The notes under the pieces were generated by a model, which worked only from the letters and a program-made list of their open reading frames with translations, made no database searches and was not told where the DNA came from. From assembly GCA_034439715.1 (NCBI GenBank), contig JAWXAY010000006.1:1-46446 (forward strand): a stretch of 46,446 bases of DNA. Direction: 5' to 3'. The DNA is from Pseudomonadota bacterium. Its GTDB lineage: Bacteria; Bdellovibrionota; Bdellovibrionia; Bdellovibrionales; SG-bin7. Below are positions 45,998 through 46,446 of this stretch, piece after piece (position 1 is the stretch's first letter; each line of letters begins with the position of its first letter). The position numbers and the translations under genes were made by a program.

Positions 45998-46446
45998 ATG
46001 AAATGGTTTCTAACTTTCTTCTTATTTTATTCGTCAGCATTTGCTATTGGCACTGAGCCTAGCGAAATGGAGAGCATCGAAGATGTTTTTGTTGATGACA
46101 CTCCCGTTGAGCTGCCGGATATGCACACCGAAAAAATACAGCCTGAGGGCGAAGCTTGGACCAAGCCCGACTTTGCTGAGCAAACTGGGGCGTTGGGTTA
46201 TGAAGAAGGCGTATTCAATGCCCCGCCAGAAATGCAAAAAAGATTTGAGTTTTGGAAAGACATTTACACAAAATACACCAGTGAGCAGGGATTGATTCAC
46301 GACGCAAAGTATTTGCATTTAATCTATCGAGAGCTGGATTTTCGACCGATTGCCAATGATGCCAACCTCAATGAGGTCCAAAAGTTTTTAGCTAAAAAAC
46401 GACTGGTGCAAAATGTCAAAAAAGAGGTCGTGCAACTGCTTAACAA
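45998..46446 (+). CDS. Exported protein, probably an MltD-like lytic transglycosylase; 5' part only, runs off the window
   Basis: My translation: MKWFLTFFLFYSSAFA...FEFWKDIYTKYTSEQGLIHD..., open to the end; FW..IY....IHD recalls the N-terminus of such transglycosylases; catalytic domain not in window. Confidence 0.6.
   Translation, partial: MKWFLTFFLFYSSAFAIGTEPSEMESIEDVFVDDTPVELPDMHTEKIQPEGEAWTKPDFAEQTGALGYEEGVFNAPPEMQKRFEFWKDIYTKYTSEQGLIHDAKYLHLIYRELDFRPIANDANLNEVQKFLAKKRLVQNVKKEVVQLLN

Noticed and set aside
46034..46318. ORF-track calls 46034-46318 (-) and 46041-46295 (+)
   Set aside because: Shadows of the longer frame starting at ATG 45998 that runs off the window

Overview
Mostly core chromosome of a predatory Bdellovibrionota-like bacterium. 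This assignment is inferred from gene content: divIVA with yggS-proC in a diderm, an orphan tadC/DUF192/FHA operon, tandem short flagellins, an FQNC-type lipoprotein, and PBP4 next to a lytic transglycosylase. Housekeeping genes include yacG, HU, pssA, asd, maf, yggS, proC, valS, xth, rnr, ubiB-like, folA, thyA, dsbD, motAB, lspA and dacB. I saw no rRNA, tRNA, cas genes or prophage. Main points of interest: (1) a stand-alone HUH/Y1 (RAYT-like) nuclease gene preceded by three exact 15-bp direct repeats with unique intervening DNA, lying between proC and divIVA; (2) a translationally coupled TadC-DUF192-FHA x3 operon ending in a PP2C-fold protein that lacks its metal-binding aspartates, overlapping maf head-to-head; (3) other apparent pseudoenzymes (Pfk-like, sulfatase-like); (4) a flagellin locus with sigma28 promoters, CsrA-type GGA hairpins and an unannotated 28-aa membrane microprotein; (5) an LspA-HAMP-like fusion. 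All family assignments come from motif recognition by eye, not database searches. References to B. bacteriovorus loci are from memory.
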